Shown piece by piece: positions 11,974-23,579 of a stretch of 64,000 nucleotides of DNA. The notes beneath the pieces were generated by a model. That model had not been told where the DNA came from. It saw only the letters and a list, made by a program, of their open reading frames with translations, and ran no database searches. Source of the DNA: an uncultured Spirochaetota bacterium (GTDB lineage: Bacteria > Spirochaetota > Spirochaetia > SZUA-6 > Fen-1364); NCBI GenBank assembly GCA_963845535.1, contig CAWJSK010000015.1, forward strand, positions 401,875-465,874. Reading direction: 5' to 3'. How positions within the stretch are numbered: position 1 is the first letter of the stretch; each line of letters opens with the position of its first letter. The position numbers were made by a program, and so were the translations under genes.

Positions 11974-12816
11974 TTACCGGCCTCCCGCCAGGGATGCGGC
12001 AAGCTCGGCCTGCGCCTTTGCATATTCCTCCGGGGTGGGCACTCGGTGATGCCACGCCGCGTTGTTTTCCATGAACGAAACCCCCTTGCCCTTGACGGTG
12101 TGGGCAATCACAAGGTGCGGCTTCTCGGGATCATCGGGGAGCCGGTCAAAAAGCCGCGTAAGCGCCAGGATGTCATTCCCGTCCACCTCGTGGATTTTCC
12201 AGCCGAAGCTCGACCATCGCTCGCTCAGGGAGGCAATGCGCATGATGGAGTCAACGTTCCCGCTGATCTGCAGGTTGTTGTTGTCGATGATGCCGATGAG
12301 GTTGCCGAGGCGGTAGTGGGAAGCCGCCATGGCGGCCTCCCAGACGCTTCCTTCCGCCTGCTCTCCGTCCCCCATGAGGACGTAGACCTTGTAGGCGGCC
12401 CCATCCCGCGCGCCCGCAATCGCCATCCCGACGCCCACCGACAATCCGTGCCCCAGCGCGCCGGTGGGGATCTCAACGCCGGGAGTCTTCATTGTGGGAT
12501 GCCCGAAGAGGCGGGAATTGAACTTGCCGTAGGTGTCCAGCTCTTTGTCGGGAAAGTAGCCGGCCTCCGCGAGCACGCAGTAGTAGCCTTCCACGCTGTG
12601 GCCCTTGCTCATGACAAAGCGGTCACGCTCCGGCCACAAAGGGTCCTCCGGGTGGTGCTTCATGACGTGAAAATAGAGCGTGACAAGAATGTCCAGGGAC
12701 GAAAGGGAGCCGCCCGTGTGGCCTCCGCCCGCGCCGTAGATGATTTCAAGGAGCCTCTGCCTCAGCGTGACCGAGAGGCGTCGAAGGTCTTTCACGGATT
12801 TCTTCTCTTCCTTCAA
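11974..12816 (-). CDS. Transketolase N-terminal (ThDP-binding) subunit
   Basis: GHTGGSLS, SKGH, GDGEQAEG...DNN ThDP motif. Confidence 0.92.
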   Translation of the reverse strand: MKEEKKSVKDLRRLSVTLRQRLLEIIYGAGGGHTGGSLSSLDILVTLYFHVMKHHPEDPLWPERDRFVMSKGHSVEGYYCVLAEAGYFPDKELDTYGKFNSRLFGHPTMKTPGVEIPTGALGHGLSVGVGMAIAGARDGAAYKVYVLMGDGEQAEGSVWEAAMAASHYRLGNLIGIIDNNNLQISGNVDSIMRIASLSERWSSFGWKIHEVDGNDILALTRLFDRLPDDPEKPHLVIAHTVKGKGVSFMENNAAWHHRVPTPEEYAKAQAELAASLAGGR

Positions 12817-12867
12817 TACATTGGGGCGATCCGGGGAAGAGGGTCCTCCCCGGACTGCGCCCGTGGA

Positions 12868-15002
<2,135 letters not shown>

Positions 15003-15005
15003 CCG

Positions 15006-16535
15006 TCAGATTTTTGAGCCGTTGCCGGCCCGGTCTTTTGCGGACGCGTTCACGAGGTCCGCTTCCGTGTACGCCCCACGTCGGAAATCTCCCGTGAGCC
15101 TTCCCCGCGCCATCACGAGCACCCGGTCGGAGAGCGCGGTGATCTCCTTCAGCTCGGAGGAAGCGAACAGGATCCCTATCCCGCCGCGAGCCAGGTCGTT
15201 CATGATCACGAAGATCTCGGACTTCGAGTTCACGTCAATGCCCCGTGTCGGCTCGTCCATGAGAAGGACCTTGGGCCGCGTCAGGAGCGCCTTGGCCACA
15301 ACCACCTTCTGCTGGTTTCCGCCGCTCAGGGCGGTGATCAGCTGCTCCGGGGAGGAAACCCGTATGGAAAGGTCGGCGAGCATTTTCAGGATTTCCGCGG
15401 CCCCGGCCTTGCGGGGGAGCACGCCCATGCGCGTATAGCTGGCCAGGCTGGCAAGCGTCATGTTGTTGGCCACGGTCATGGACTGCACTATTCCCGCGGC
15501 CTGCCTGTCCTCCGGCACCAGGATCAGCCCGAGGGCAATGCGCTCGTCCACGCTCATGCCCTGCGACACGCCTTGCTCATCCACGGTGACCTGCCCGCCC
15601 GCCTCCGGATGCAGCCCGATGAGGCATTCGAGGAGCTCCGACCTTCCCGCGCCCATGAGGCCGTACAAGCCCACGATCTCTCCGGCGTGGACCTGGAAGG
15701 AAAAGTCCTCCACGTACATTCCACCCTCGGGCCGGGTGTAGGAGAGGGAGCGCACCTCCAGGATGACCTTGCGCGCCTCATGCTCCGCGCGCGGCAGGAA
15801 GGCGGAGAGGGTCTTCCCGACCATCTTCTCAATGATCCAGTTGATGTCCACCCTCTCCACGCGCTCTTCCGCCTGCACCTTGCCGTCACGCAGGACGGTG
15901 ATGTAATCCCCGATCTGAAGCACCTCCTCCAGGCGGTGGGAGATGTAGATGATGGCAACGCCCTGGCTCTTGAGCTCCCGGATGACCCGAAAGAGGATGG
16001 CAACTTCGTTGCCCGTCAGGGCGGAGGTCGGTTCATCCATGATGAGGATCTTCACGTTCTGGACGAGCGCCTTGGCAATTGCCACGATCTGCTGCGCGCT
16101 CACCCCGAGGTCCCCGACTTTCCGGTCAGGGTCAATGCGGTGCTCAAGGCGGCCGAGGATCTGCGCTGCAATCTCTTTCTGCTTCTTGAAGTTGATGACG
16201 TTGCGCGGCGCGATCTCCCGGGTAAGGAACATGTTGTCGGAAACCGACATGTTGGCGCACAGGTCAAGCTCCTGGTAGATGATCCCGATCCCGTGGGCTT
16301 GCGCCTCAATGGGAGTGGGAAACCGCACAGCCCTGCCGTCCATGGTGAGCGTGCCTTTCGTGGGCAGCTCCGCTCCCGCGATGATCTTCATGAGCGTTGA
16401 CTTTCCCGCCCCGTTTTCCCCGACGAGGATGTTCACCTTGCCCGCGTACGTGTTGAAGTCAACGCCGCTCAAGGCCACGGTGCCGGGGAAGACCTTCGTA
16501 ACCCCTTCGGCGCGAAGAACTACCTCCTCAGCCAT
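15006..16535 (-). CDS. Sugar ABC transporter ATP-binding protein (RbsA-like)
   Basis: GENGAGKS Walker A, LSGGNQQK, DEPTRGID. Confidence 0.95.
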   Translation of the reverse strand: MAEEVVLRAEGVTKVFPGTVALSGVDFNTYAGKVNILVGENGAGKSTLMKIIAGAELPTKGTLTMDGRAVRFPTPIEAQAHGIGIIYQELDLCANMSVSDNMFLTREIAPRNVINFKKQKEIAAQILGRLEHRIDPDRKVGDLGVSAQQIVAIAKALVQNVKILIMDEPTSALTGNEVAILFRVIRELKSQGVAIIYISHRLEEVLQIGDYITVLRDGKVQAEERVERVDINWIIEKMVGKTLSAFLPRAEHEARKVILEVRSLSYTRPEGGMYVEDFSFQVHAGEIVGLYGLMGAGRSELLECLIGLHPEAGGQVTVDEQGVSQGMSVDERIALGLILVPEDRQAAGIVQSMTVANNMTLASLASYTRMGVLPRKAGAAEILKMLADLSIRVSSPEQLITALSGGNQQKVVVAKALLTRPKVLLMDEPTRGIDVNSKSEIFVIMNDLARGGIGILFASSELKEITALSDRVLVMARGRLTGDFRRGAYTEADLVNASAKDRAGNGSKI

Positions 16536-16537
16536 GC

Positions 16538-17218
16538 CTACTCCGCGGAGACGATGACGGGTGTCACGAGGACATCCTTGGGGTTCGCCGTGTCATACGT
16601 GAAGGCGCCTTTCACCGAAATCCTCTTGCCAACGAGGTTCTTCAGGTCCAGCTTGGAAATCACGTCCTTTGCCACACGGCCGTTCAGCTCGTCCGAGACG
16701 CCGCCATATTGCATCTGGTTTGCGAACTGTTCGAACGAGATGAACTTCACGGCGTCACGAAGCGCTGTGCCCAGGATGATGGGGCCTATCTGGAGCTTCA
16801 CGGGCATGCGCCCGCCCGCGTAGTCGGCCTGCACGGTCACGGTGCCCGTGAGGGACTTCGTGTCCACCGCTGCCACCGTGCCGACGAACTGGACGAGGAA
16901 GTTGAAAGCGCCGCCGATGTTGTTGCCGTGTTGCTTCACGGCGTCCTCGGGGCTTTTCTGGATGGCGGGGAACAGCTCGTCAAGGCTGACTGCTTTCTGA
17001 TCCACGGTGGGGATCACTTTGGACTCCCAGATGCCGTCCACGAACTTCACCCTGTCGAAGGCGGTCCCGCCCTCCATGACAGCCGCGAGGGACTGCGCGG
17101 AGCCGATTGGCTTCACCGTTGCCAGCAAGCCGGTGAACCACAAGATGACGAGAACCACGACGATCCCAACCGGGACAGCGACCCGCGTGTACTTGCGAGT
17201 TCCTGCGGCAGTAGCCAT
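16538..17218 (-). CDS. DUF2291-like periplasmic/membrane-anchored protein
   Basis: N-terminal TM helix; QIGPIILGTALRDAVKFISFEQFANQM motif; typical position beside a sugar ABC transporter. Confidence 0.75.
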   Translation of the reverse strand: MATAAGTRKYTRVAVPVGIVVVLVILWFTGLLATVKPIGSAQSLAAVMEGGTAFDRVKFVDGIWESKVIPTVDQKAVSLDELFPAIQKSPEDAVKQHGNNIGGAFNFLVQFVGTVAAVDTKSLTGTVTVQADYAGGRMPVKLQIGPIILGTALRDAVKFISFEQFANQMQYGGVSDELNGRVAKDVISKLDLKNLVGKRISVKGAFTYDTANPKDVLVTPVIVSAE

Positions 17219-17264
17219 ATCGTATTGCTCCTGGGGATATAGCGCTTCGCGCGATCCGTTCTAG

Positions 17265-17294
17265 AGCGTAATCATGGCCGGAGCGGGTTGTCAA
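17265..17294 (-). promoter_or_regulatory. Sigma70-type promoter for the ABC/transketolase operon
   Basis: Minus strand TTGACA (17294-17289), 18-nt spacer, TACGCT (17270-17265). Confidence 0.55.
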
Positions 17295-17300
17295 GAAAAA

Positions 17301-17353
17301 AATCGAAAATATTCGTAAATATTACGTAGGAATGTTTTCAGTAATTTTCGATT
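17301..17353. promoter_or_regulatory. Candidate DeoR operator region
   Basis: Inverted pair AATCGAAAAT (17301-17310) / ATTTTCGATT (17344-17353), plus related repeats, between two divergent -35 boxes. Confidence 0.5.
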
Positions 17354-17357
17354 CCTT

Positions 17358-17386
17358 TTGACAGCAGAAAAGCTCTATGGTAAGAT
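17358..17386 (+). promoter_or_regulatory. Sigma70-type promoter for deoR-isomerase-kinase
   Basis: TTGACA, 17-nt spacer, TAAGAT with extended TG. Confidence 0.7.
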
Positions 17387-17397
17387 AAACCAAAGGG

Positions 17398-18201
17398 ATG
17401 GACGACCGAAATAATATGCTTGCCGAGCAGAGAAGACGCAGGATCCTGGAGCTGATCCAGGAAGAGGGGAGCGCTCGGGTCAAGTTCCTCAGTCAGCTTT
17501 TCGAGGTGTCGGAACCAACCATACGCCAGGACCTGGAGCGGCTGGAAGCTGATGATTTCGTCATCCGAAGCCACGGGGGAGCGGTGCTCAAAACCATTCC
17601 CCAGCAGGTGCGCACGCTGTCTCTCCAGCACTCGGAGAACCTCGACAAGAAGGTGATCATCGGACGGGCGGCGGCCGCGCTCGTCTCTGACGGGGAGTCG
17701 CTCATCCTCGACTCGGGCTCGACCGCCACGGAGGTTGCCCGCAACCTCATGGGCAGGCAGAACCTGCGCATCATCACGAACGCGCTCAACATCGCCCTCA
17801 TCGTCGGGGCCAATCCGACGTTCGAAGTCATGGTTACCGGCGGCGAGTTCAAGCCGCCCACGCTGTCCCTGACCGGGGAGAGAGCGGCGGCTTTCTTCTC
17901 CCAGATCCACGTCAGCAAGCTCTTCCTCGCCACCGGCGGGATTTCGGAGAACGACGAGCTGACCTACCCCGGCTTGAGCGACATCCCGGTGAAGAAAGCC
18001 ATGATCAGGTCCGCCGGTGAAGTCTATCTTGTGGCGGACTCCACGAAGATCGGGGTGCACAGCTTCGCCTCGCTGGGGGGAATAGAGCAGGTCCACTGCC
18101 TCATCATCGATTCCGGGATATCCCCCCAGACGCGTGAGCGGTTCGAGGCGCTGGGACTCAGGGTGATCATTGCTGATCAAGGAGAGACGTCGCATGAATA
18201 G
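17398..18201 (+). CDS. DeoR/GlpR family transcriptional regulator
   Basis: VSEPTIRQDLERL HTH, RSHGGA, LDSGST, ITNAL, ADSTK. Confidence 0.93.
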   Translation: MDDRNNMLAEQRRRRILELIQEEGSARVKFLSQLFEVSEPTIRQDLERLEADDFVIRSHGGAVLKTIPQQVRTLSLQHSENLDKKVIIGRAAAALVSDGESLILDSGSTATEVARNLMGRQNLRIITNALNIALIVGANPTFEVMVTGGEFKPPTLSLTGERAAAFFSQIHVSKLFLATGGISENDELTYPGLSDIPVKKAMIRSAGEVYLVADSTKIGVHSFASLGGIEQVHCLIIDSGISPQTRERFEALGLRVIIADQGETSHE

Positions 18202-19609
18202 CAAGATGACCTTCGGCGTCATTGTGGGAACGCGCGCATTTTTCAACCCCGAGCTCGCGCGAGCCGGAAGGACGCAGATTCTCGGCAAGCTGAAAGCCCT
18301 GGGGTTCGACTCCGTTGTCCTTCCCGCGGACGCCACGCCGACCGGGGTGGTTGAAACCATCGATGACGCGCAGAAATGCGCCAGGCTTTTTCGTGAGAAC
18401 GAGTCCAGGATCGACGGGATCATCGTGACGTTGCCGAACTTCGGGGATGAGATCGGCATTGTCACGACGCTGAAGGAGTCCCGTCTGGCGGTCCCCGTGC
18501 TCGTCCACGCCTGTGATGACGATGTGGACAAGGTCGACCTCAAGCACCGACGGGACGCTTTCTGCGGGAAGCTCTCCGTGTGCAACAACCTCTACACGTA
18601 CGGCATTCCGTTCACGAACACCAGCCTGCATACGAGCCCCATCGACAGCGCATCCTTCGAGTCGGACCTGCGGTACTTCGCGAGCGTCTGCCGCGTGGCA
18701 AACGGCTTGCGCAAGGCGCGCATCGGCGCAATTGGCGCGCGCCCCGCCCCGTTCCAGACCATGAGGGTGAGCGAGCGCCTCCTGCAGGCGTCAGGGATCA
18801 CCGTGGTACCCGTTGATCTCTCCGAAATCATTTTCGCCGCGGAGAGGGTCCCTGATGACGCCTCTGAGGTAGCCGCGAAGGTGGCTGAAATCCGCGCGTA
18901 TGGGAAGATTCCCCAGGCCATCCCCGTCCCGAGCGTGGTGAAGAACGCAAAGCTGTCCCTGGTGATACGCGACTGGGTGCTGAAAAACAAGCTGGACGCG
19001 TTCTCCGTCCAATGCTGGAGCTCCATCCAGCTGAATTACGGGTGCGCAACCTGCACCGTCATGAGCATGATGGGGGAGGAGCTCATCCCCGGCGCCTGCG
19101 AGGTCGACATCGCAGGGGCCATATCGATGTACGCGTTGGCGCTGGCTGCCGGCATTCCGTCAGCGCTCCTGGACTGGAACAACAACTACGGTGAGGACAG
19201 GGACATGTGCGTCTGCACGCACTGCGGCAACTTTCCCAAGGGCTTCGTGGGCGGTGAGATCGAGATATCGGAGCTTGATGTCCTGGGGGAGACGCTCGGC
19301 CGGGAGCGCAGCTTCGGTGCAATCAAAGGCAAGGTGCGCTCAGGGCCCATGACGTATTTCCGTATGTCCACGGATGACCTTCATGGGAAGGTCCGCGCCT
19401 ACATCGGTGAGGGAGATTTCACGGATGATCCTTTCCCCATGGCGGGCGGCATTGCCGTGTGCAGGGTGCCGCGGCTGCAGCAGCTCATGGACCATCTCTG
19501 CTCCAACGGCTACGAGCATCACACGGCCATGGTGCGTGGACATCACGCGCGGGCGGTGAACGAGGCCGTCACGAAGTACCTGACGTGGGACTGCTTCTAC
19601 AACCGGTGA
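18194..19609 (+). CDS. L-fucose/L-arabinose isomerase family protein
   Basis: LPNFGDE, RRDAFCGKLS, ACEVD, HCGN and GYEHH motifs. Confidence 0.85.
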   Translation: MNSKMTFGVIVGTRAFFNPELARAGRTQILGKLKALGFDSVVLPADATPTGVVETIDDAQKCARLFRENESRIDGIIVTLPNFGDEIGIVTTLKESRLAVPVLVHACDDDVDKVDLKHRRDAFCGKLSVCNNLYTYGIPFTNTSLHTSPIDSASFESDLRYFASVCRVANGLRKARIGAIGARPAPFQTMRVSERLLQASGITVVPVDLSEIIFAAERVPDDASEVAAKVAEIRAYGKIPQAIPVPSVVKNAKLSLVIRDWVLKNKLDAFSVQCWSSIQLNYGCATCTVMSMMGEELIPGACEVDIAGAISMYALALAAGIPSALLDWNNNYGEDRDMCVCTHCGNFPKGFVGGEIEISELDVLGETLGRERSFGAIKGKVRSGPMTYFRMSTDDLHGKVRAYIGEGDFTDDPFPMAGGIAVCRVPRLQQLMDHLCSNGYEHHTAMVRGHHARAVNEAVTKYLTWDCFYNR

Positions 19610-19628
19610 GCTCGAGCAGGCGGACATC

Positions 19629-21137
19629 ATGAGGGACTTGCCCGCGCGCCCTCTCATCGTTTCTGTGGATCAAAGCACCTCCGCCACCAAAGCGCTCATC
19701 TTCGATTCCTCCGCGGCCGTCGTCGCCCGAAGCAGCATGGAGCACCGACAGTTGTACCCGCAGGCGGGCTGGGTCGAGCATGACCCCGAAGAGCTGTATG
19801 CAAACACCGTTTCCGTAGTGAAAGAAGCGGCCCGGACCCTTGGCGCCGAAAAGGGGAGAGTCTGCGCGCTTGCGCTCACGAACCAGCGGGAGACTGCCGT
19901 TGTCTGGGACCGGGCCACCGGAAAGCCGGTTTACAACGCGGTTGTCTGGCAGGATCAAAGAGGCGCCGAGCTGTGCAAACGCCTGAAGGAGGCCGGTCGG
20001 GAGGCCGAGGTCAAGGCAAGGAGCGGCCTGCCCCTGGACCCGTACTTTTCAGCCAGCAAGATCCGGTGGATCCTGGACAATGTGCCGGGCGCTCGAGAGC
20101 GGGCGCGGGACGGAGCGCTTGCGTTCGGGACGGTGGACTCCTGGCTCCTGTGGAAGCTCACCGGGGGCCGGGTCCATGCCACAGATCCGACCAACGCCTC
20201 CAGAACCATGCTCATGAACCTGGCCGCCCTGGATTGGGACAATGCGCTTCTGCGCCTGTTCGACATCCCCCGAAGCATGGCTCCGCGCATCGAGCGGTCA
20301 AACAACGTTTTTGGAAGCACCACCGTTGAGGGCGCCTTCGACGAGCTTCCCGTCACCGGCATGCTGGGGGATTCCCATGCCGCCTTCTTCGGCCAGTGCT
20401 GCTTCGAACGCGGTCAGGCCAAGGCGACGTACGGCACCGGCACGTCGATCATGATCAATATCGGCGGGCAGCCGTCAGGGTCCGGAAAAGCGGTGGCGAC
20501 ATCAGTGGGATGGGCCATCGACGGGCGCGTCGATTACGTCCTCGAGGGCAACATCCACTCCACCGGTGACACCGTCACATGGCTGCGTGACGGGCTCGGC
20601 ATCCTGGGAAGCTCCGCGGAGTCCGAGGCCCTGGCGCTTTCGGTCCCTGACAACAACGGCGTCTACCTGGTTCCCGCCTTCTCGGGTCTTGGCGCGCCGT
20701 ACTGGGACAACGGCGCCCGGGCGGCCATCATTGGCATGGCGCGCAACACCACACGCGCCCACGTTGCGCGCGCGGCGGTGGAGGCAATTGCGTACCAGGT
20801 AAGTGACCTGGTGGACGCCATGAAAGGCGAAGGCGGCGTTCCGCTCACGGAGCTTCGCGTGGACGGCGGGGCGTCCACCAACCGGTTCCTTCTGCAGTTC
20901 CAGGCGGACATCCTGGACGTCCCCGTGGCTCCCTCCCCGCAGCCGGAAGCCTCTGCGCTGGGAGCGGCCATGATGGCCGGCCTGGCCGTGGGCGTCTGGA
21001 AAGATCTTGCCGCGCTCGCGTCCCTCAGGACATCTCCCGTGATCTATAGAAGCACGATGCAACCAGCCGTGCGGTCACGTCTTCTGGCGGGATGGCACGA
21101 CGCCGTCGCCCGCACGCTCTCTGGCGCCAAGCGCTGA
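19629..21137 (+). CDS. FGGY carbohydrate kinase (glycerol-kinase-like)
   Basis: DQSTSATK, NQRET, TNASRT, KATYGTG, PAFSGLGAPYW; GDSHA replaces the usual GlpK GDQQ. Confidence 0.9.
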   Translation: MRDLPARPLIVSVDQSTSATKALIFDSSAAVVARSSMEHRQLYPQAGWVEHDPEELYANTVSVVKEAARTLGAEKGRVCALALTNQRETAVVWDRATGKPVYNAVVWQDQRGAELCKRLKEAGREAEVKARSGLPLDPYFSASKIRWILDNVPGARERARDGALAFGTVDSWLLWKLTGGRVHATDPTNASRTMLMNLAALDWDNALLRLFDIPRSMAPRIERSNNVFGSTTVEGAFDELPVTGMLGDSHAAFFGQCCFERGQAKATYGTGTSIMINIGGQPSGSGKAVATSVGWAIDGRVDYVLEGNIHSTGDTVTWLRDGLGILGSSAESEALALSVPDNNGVYLVPAFSGLGAPYWDNGARAAIIGMARNTTRAHVARAAVEAIAYQVSDLVDAMKGEGGVPLTELRVDGGASTNRFLLQFQADILDVPVAPSPQPEASALGAAMMAGLAVGVWKDLAALASLRTSPVIYRSTMQPAVRSRLLAGWHDAVARTLSGAKR

Positions 21138-21147
21138 ATCAACTTTA

Positions 21148-21176
21148 AAAAAGTGGGAAACGATTTTCCACTTTTT
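21148..21176. terminator. Bidirectional intrinsic terminator between convergent genes
   Basis: AAAAAGTGG...CCACTTTTT stem with A and T tracts. Confidence 0.6.
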
Positions 21177-21218
21177 GCGTTTCTTATAGGAGCAGGACGC
21201 CCTTGTCGGCGCCGCTTG

Positions 21219-23579
21219 TTATCGGTTCTTTATGAACTTCTTGATTGCCGTGATCTGGCTCTTGCCGTCCAGCCCTGCTTCCCGCATGACCATATCCGCC
21301 TGCCCGCTCCCCAGGTAATGGCCTTTCTGGAAAGGATGCATGGTCGCCGTCCGTCCCTCTTCGCTCATGATCCACCGGTACATGGTGGGCAGCGTGAACC
21401 CTGTGATGCCCATGGCCTGGGAGGCAGCCTTCCGGGGATAGGCCTTTTCCTGGTGCGCTGGCGGCAGGAGGTCGAAGAGCTCCGCGCTGGAAACGTAGAA
21501 GACGTCCAGGTCAAGGCCTTCTTTCTCCGCACGGGGAAGTGCTTCCTGGACGAACGCGTACGCCACTTCGCTTCCCTGGAGCGTCACGGTTCCCTCAGGT
21601 TTCTTTCCCTGCGCGGACCTCAGCTTATAGACGCCCGTCACCGCGCCGGCAGCCGGTGCCAACCCCAGCGCTGCGCGGTCCACCACGGTCTCATTCGGCC
21701 TGGTCACGAAGGGAGCAATGACGGCTGGGCGCTTTGCAAGCGCAGCGGCCAGCAGGAACCAGATCTCCTGCGGGTCCCACGGGGTAAGGGTGATGAGCGT
21801 CCCGCGCGGGAAGTTCCCCTGCAGGAGCTGCAGCGGCTGCGGGTCCGCGTGTGTGGGCCCGTCCTCCCCGGTCTTCAGTCCGGCATGCGCGCAGATCACG
21901 ATCATGGGCCGATACGGTTCTCCGGAAACGGCGTGCCTGGCTTGATTGCCGATTGCATGCAGCCGCGCCGCCACGTGCCCCAGGGGGGCGAGGAACGCGC
22001 CGTAGGAGGACCCGACGCCCACGTTGTGCCCGAAGGCGGAGATGCCGCTGAGGGCTGCCACCATGGCGTCCTCGCAGATTCCCCCCACGGAGAGCAGCCG
22101 GGCGGCCGGGTTTGCAAAACCGTTGTAGAAGCCCTCGGGAAACCCCGCGCCAATGATGTTGCTGCTGGTGGATCCCATGAGATCCGCGGAAGCCGCAACC
22201 AGGGCGCCGCGGCTTTTCTTGTTGTAGTAGCCCAGCACCTTGCCCAGCTCTCCCCGAAGCGTCGTTACGGTCCCCGGCTTCAGCTTTAATTCCTCCGGAA
22301 CGTCCCTGCCATGCGTCGAGGCGATTGCCTGGATGACGTCGATGTCCGGAGCGTTGCTCCGGGGCGTCCTCTTCCGGGACTCCAGACGGCTGCGCGCCGC
22401 GGCGAGCCGGCCGGACATCGCCTGGACCAGCGGCCCGGACTTTTCCACTTCCGCGCGGATGAGGGACAACGCCTCCCAGAAGCAGTGGTCCATCACGCCC
22501 GGCTCCTTGCCGCCGGCGCATCTCTGGTTTTCCGCCGTGCACCGGGGAAGCTTGATGGTCGTTCCCTCCAGGAAAGGCTGGAGGGCGTCGAAGTAGCCGT
22601 CCGCGCAGAGCTTGTGACCGGCGCCGTGGGAAGCCCTGCCTTCTATGCCATATCTCCATCCCTTGATCGTCCGATAGACGATGGCGGTGGGCTGGCCGTT
22701 GTCGATCTGTCGGGCGCGCCTTTGCGCAGCGACGACTTGCTGGAAGTCCATGCCGTCAGGGACCTGAATGACATTCCAGTCATGGAGCCAGGCAAGCTCC
22801 ATGGGGTTCCATTGCACGTACTCCCCCGGCGTGTCCCCGTCACGGCACACGCGGTTGGAGTCAATGGAGGCCTGGTTCCAGTCCACGTGAAGGAAGAGGT
22901 TGGCGAGCGAGGATGTGCCGGCGGCCGCCATCGCCTCCGAGACTCTTCCCGGGGTCATCCCGCCTTCTCCCTCCACCACGTGGATTGCCGGAGCATTGCG
23001 GCCGTACCGATCCATCGCGCCGAACGCAAGCCCCACGGACGCCGCCAGCCCGACACCGGATGCCCCCGTTGCCACGCGCACGTACGGAGTGGCCGGCGTG
23101 GGATGCCCGTCAAGGGCTTTCGAGCGCAGCTCTTTCAGGAGGGGGGTCATGCCTTCGGGGTTCTTGCGAAAGCCCAGAAGGTCTTCCAGCCGAAGCTGGC
23201 GGCTCTCTTCTTGCGGAAGAAGCCCGGGGTTTCCGAGCCGAAGCACCTCGTTGCGCAAAGCCCACAGGGAGTAGAGCCCGAGCGCCTTGTGCCCCGCGGC
23301 GTAGCAGAGGAGGTCGGCGTCCTCCCGGTCAGGCTCGGCCGTGTCGTAATCCATGGCGTCGAAAACAAGGGATGCGGCAAGCCGCCCCGAAGAGATGGAC
23401 CCGCCGGGGTGTCCCGAGGTGGGAACGTAGTTGTAGAGCATGGAGCACAACGATCTATAGATGAGGTCCAGCCTTTCGAAAGCGGCGAGCTCCTCCGAAG
23501 AGAGCGGTCCCTCATGGCCGTTCATCTCCTCGAGGATGTTGATGAAGATCCCCCTGCGCGGCGCGAAAGTCATGCCCAT
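21219..23579 (-). CDS. Single-chain transketolase-like ThDP enzyme (786 aa)
   Basis: SGHPGG, AGHK, DGHPT, GICE and GEDGPTH motifs; ThDP motif reads GEG...N. Confidence 0.85.
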   Translation of the reverse strand: MGMTFAPRRGIFINILEEMNGHEGPLSSEELAAFERLDLIYRSLCSMLYNYVPTSGHPGGSISSGRLAASLVFDAMDYDTAEPDREDADLLCYAAGHKALGLYSLWALRNEVLRLGNPGLLPQEESRQLRLEDLLGFRKNPEGMTPLLKELRSKALDGHPTPATPYVRVATGASGVGLAASVGLAFGAMDRYGRNAPAIHVVEGEGGMTPGRVSEAMAAAGTSSLANLFLHVDWNQASIDSNRVCRDGDTPGEYVQWNPMELAWLHDWNVIQVPDGMDFQQVVAAQRRARQIDNGQPTAIVYRTIKGWRYGIEGRASHGAGHKLCADGYFDALQPFLEGTTIKLPRCTAENQRCAGGKEPGVMDHCFWEALSLIRAEVEKSGPLVQAMSGRLAAARSRLESRKRTPRSNAPDIDVIQAIASTHGRDVPEELKLKPGTVTTLRGELGKVLGYYNKKSRGALVAASADLMGSTSSNIIGAGFPEGFYNGFANPAARLLSVGGICEDAMVAALSGISAFGHNVGVGSSYGAFLAPLGHVAARLHAIGNQARHAVSGEPYRPMIVICAHAGLKTGEDGPTHADPQPLQLLQGNFPRGTLITLTPWDPQEIWFLLAAALAKRPAVIAPFVTRPNETVVDRAALGLAPAAGAVTGVYKLRSAQGKKPEGTVTLQGSEVAYAFVQEALPRAEKEGLDLDVFYVSSAELFDLLPPAHQEKAYPRKAASQAMGITGFTLPTMYRWIMSEEGRTATMHPFQKGHYLGSGQADMVMREAGLDGKSQITAIKKFIKNR

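Noticed and set aside
19629..21137. Gene symbol glpK
   Set aside because: Substrate-site motifs deviate (DQST, GDSHA) and the context suggests another substrate
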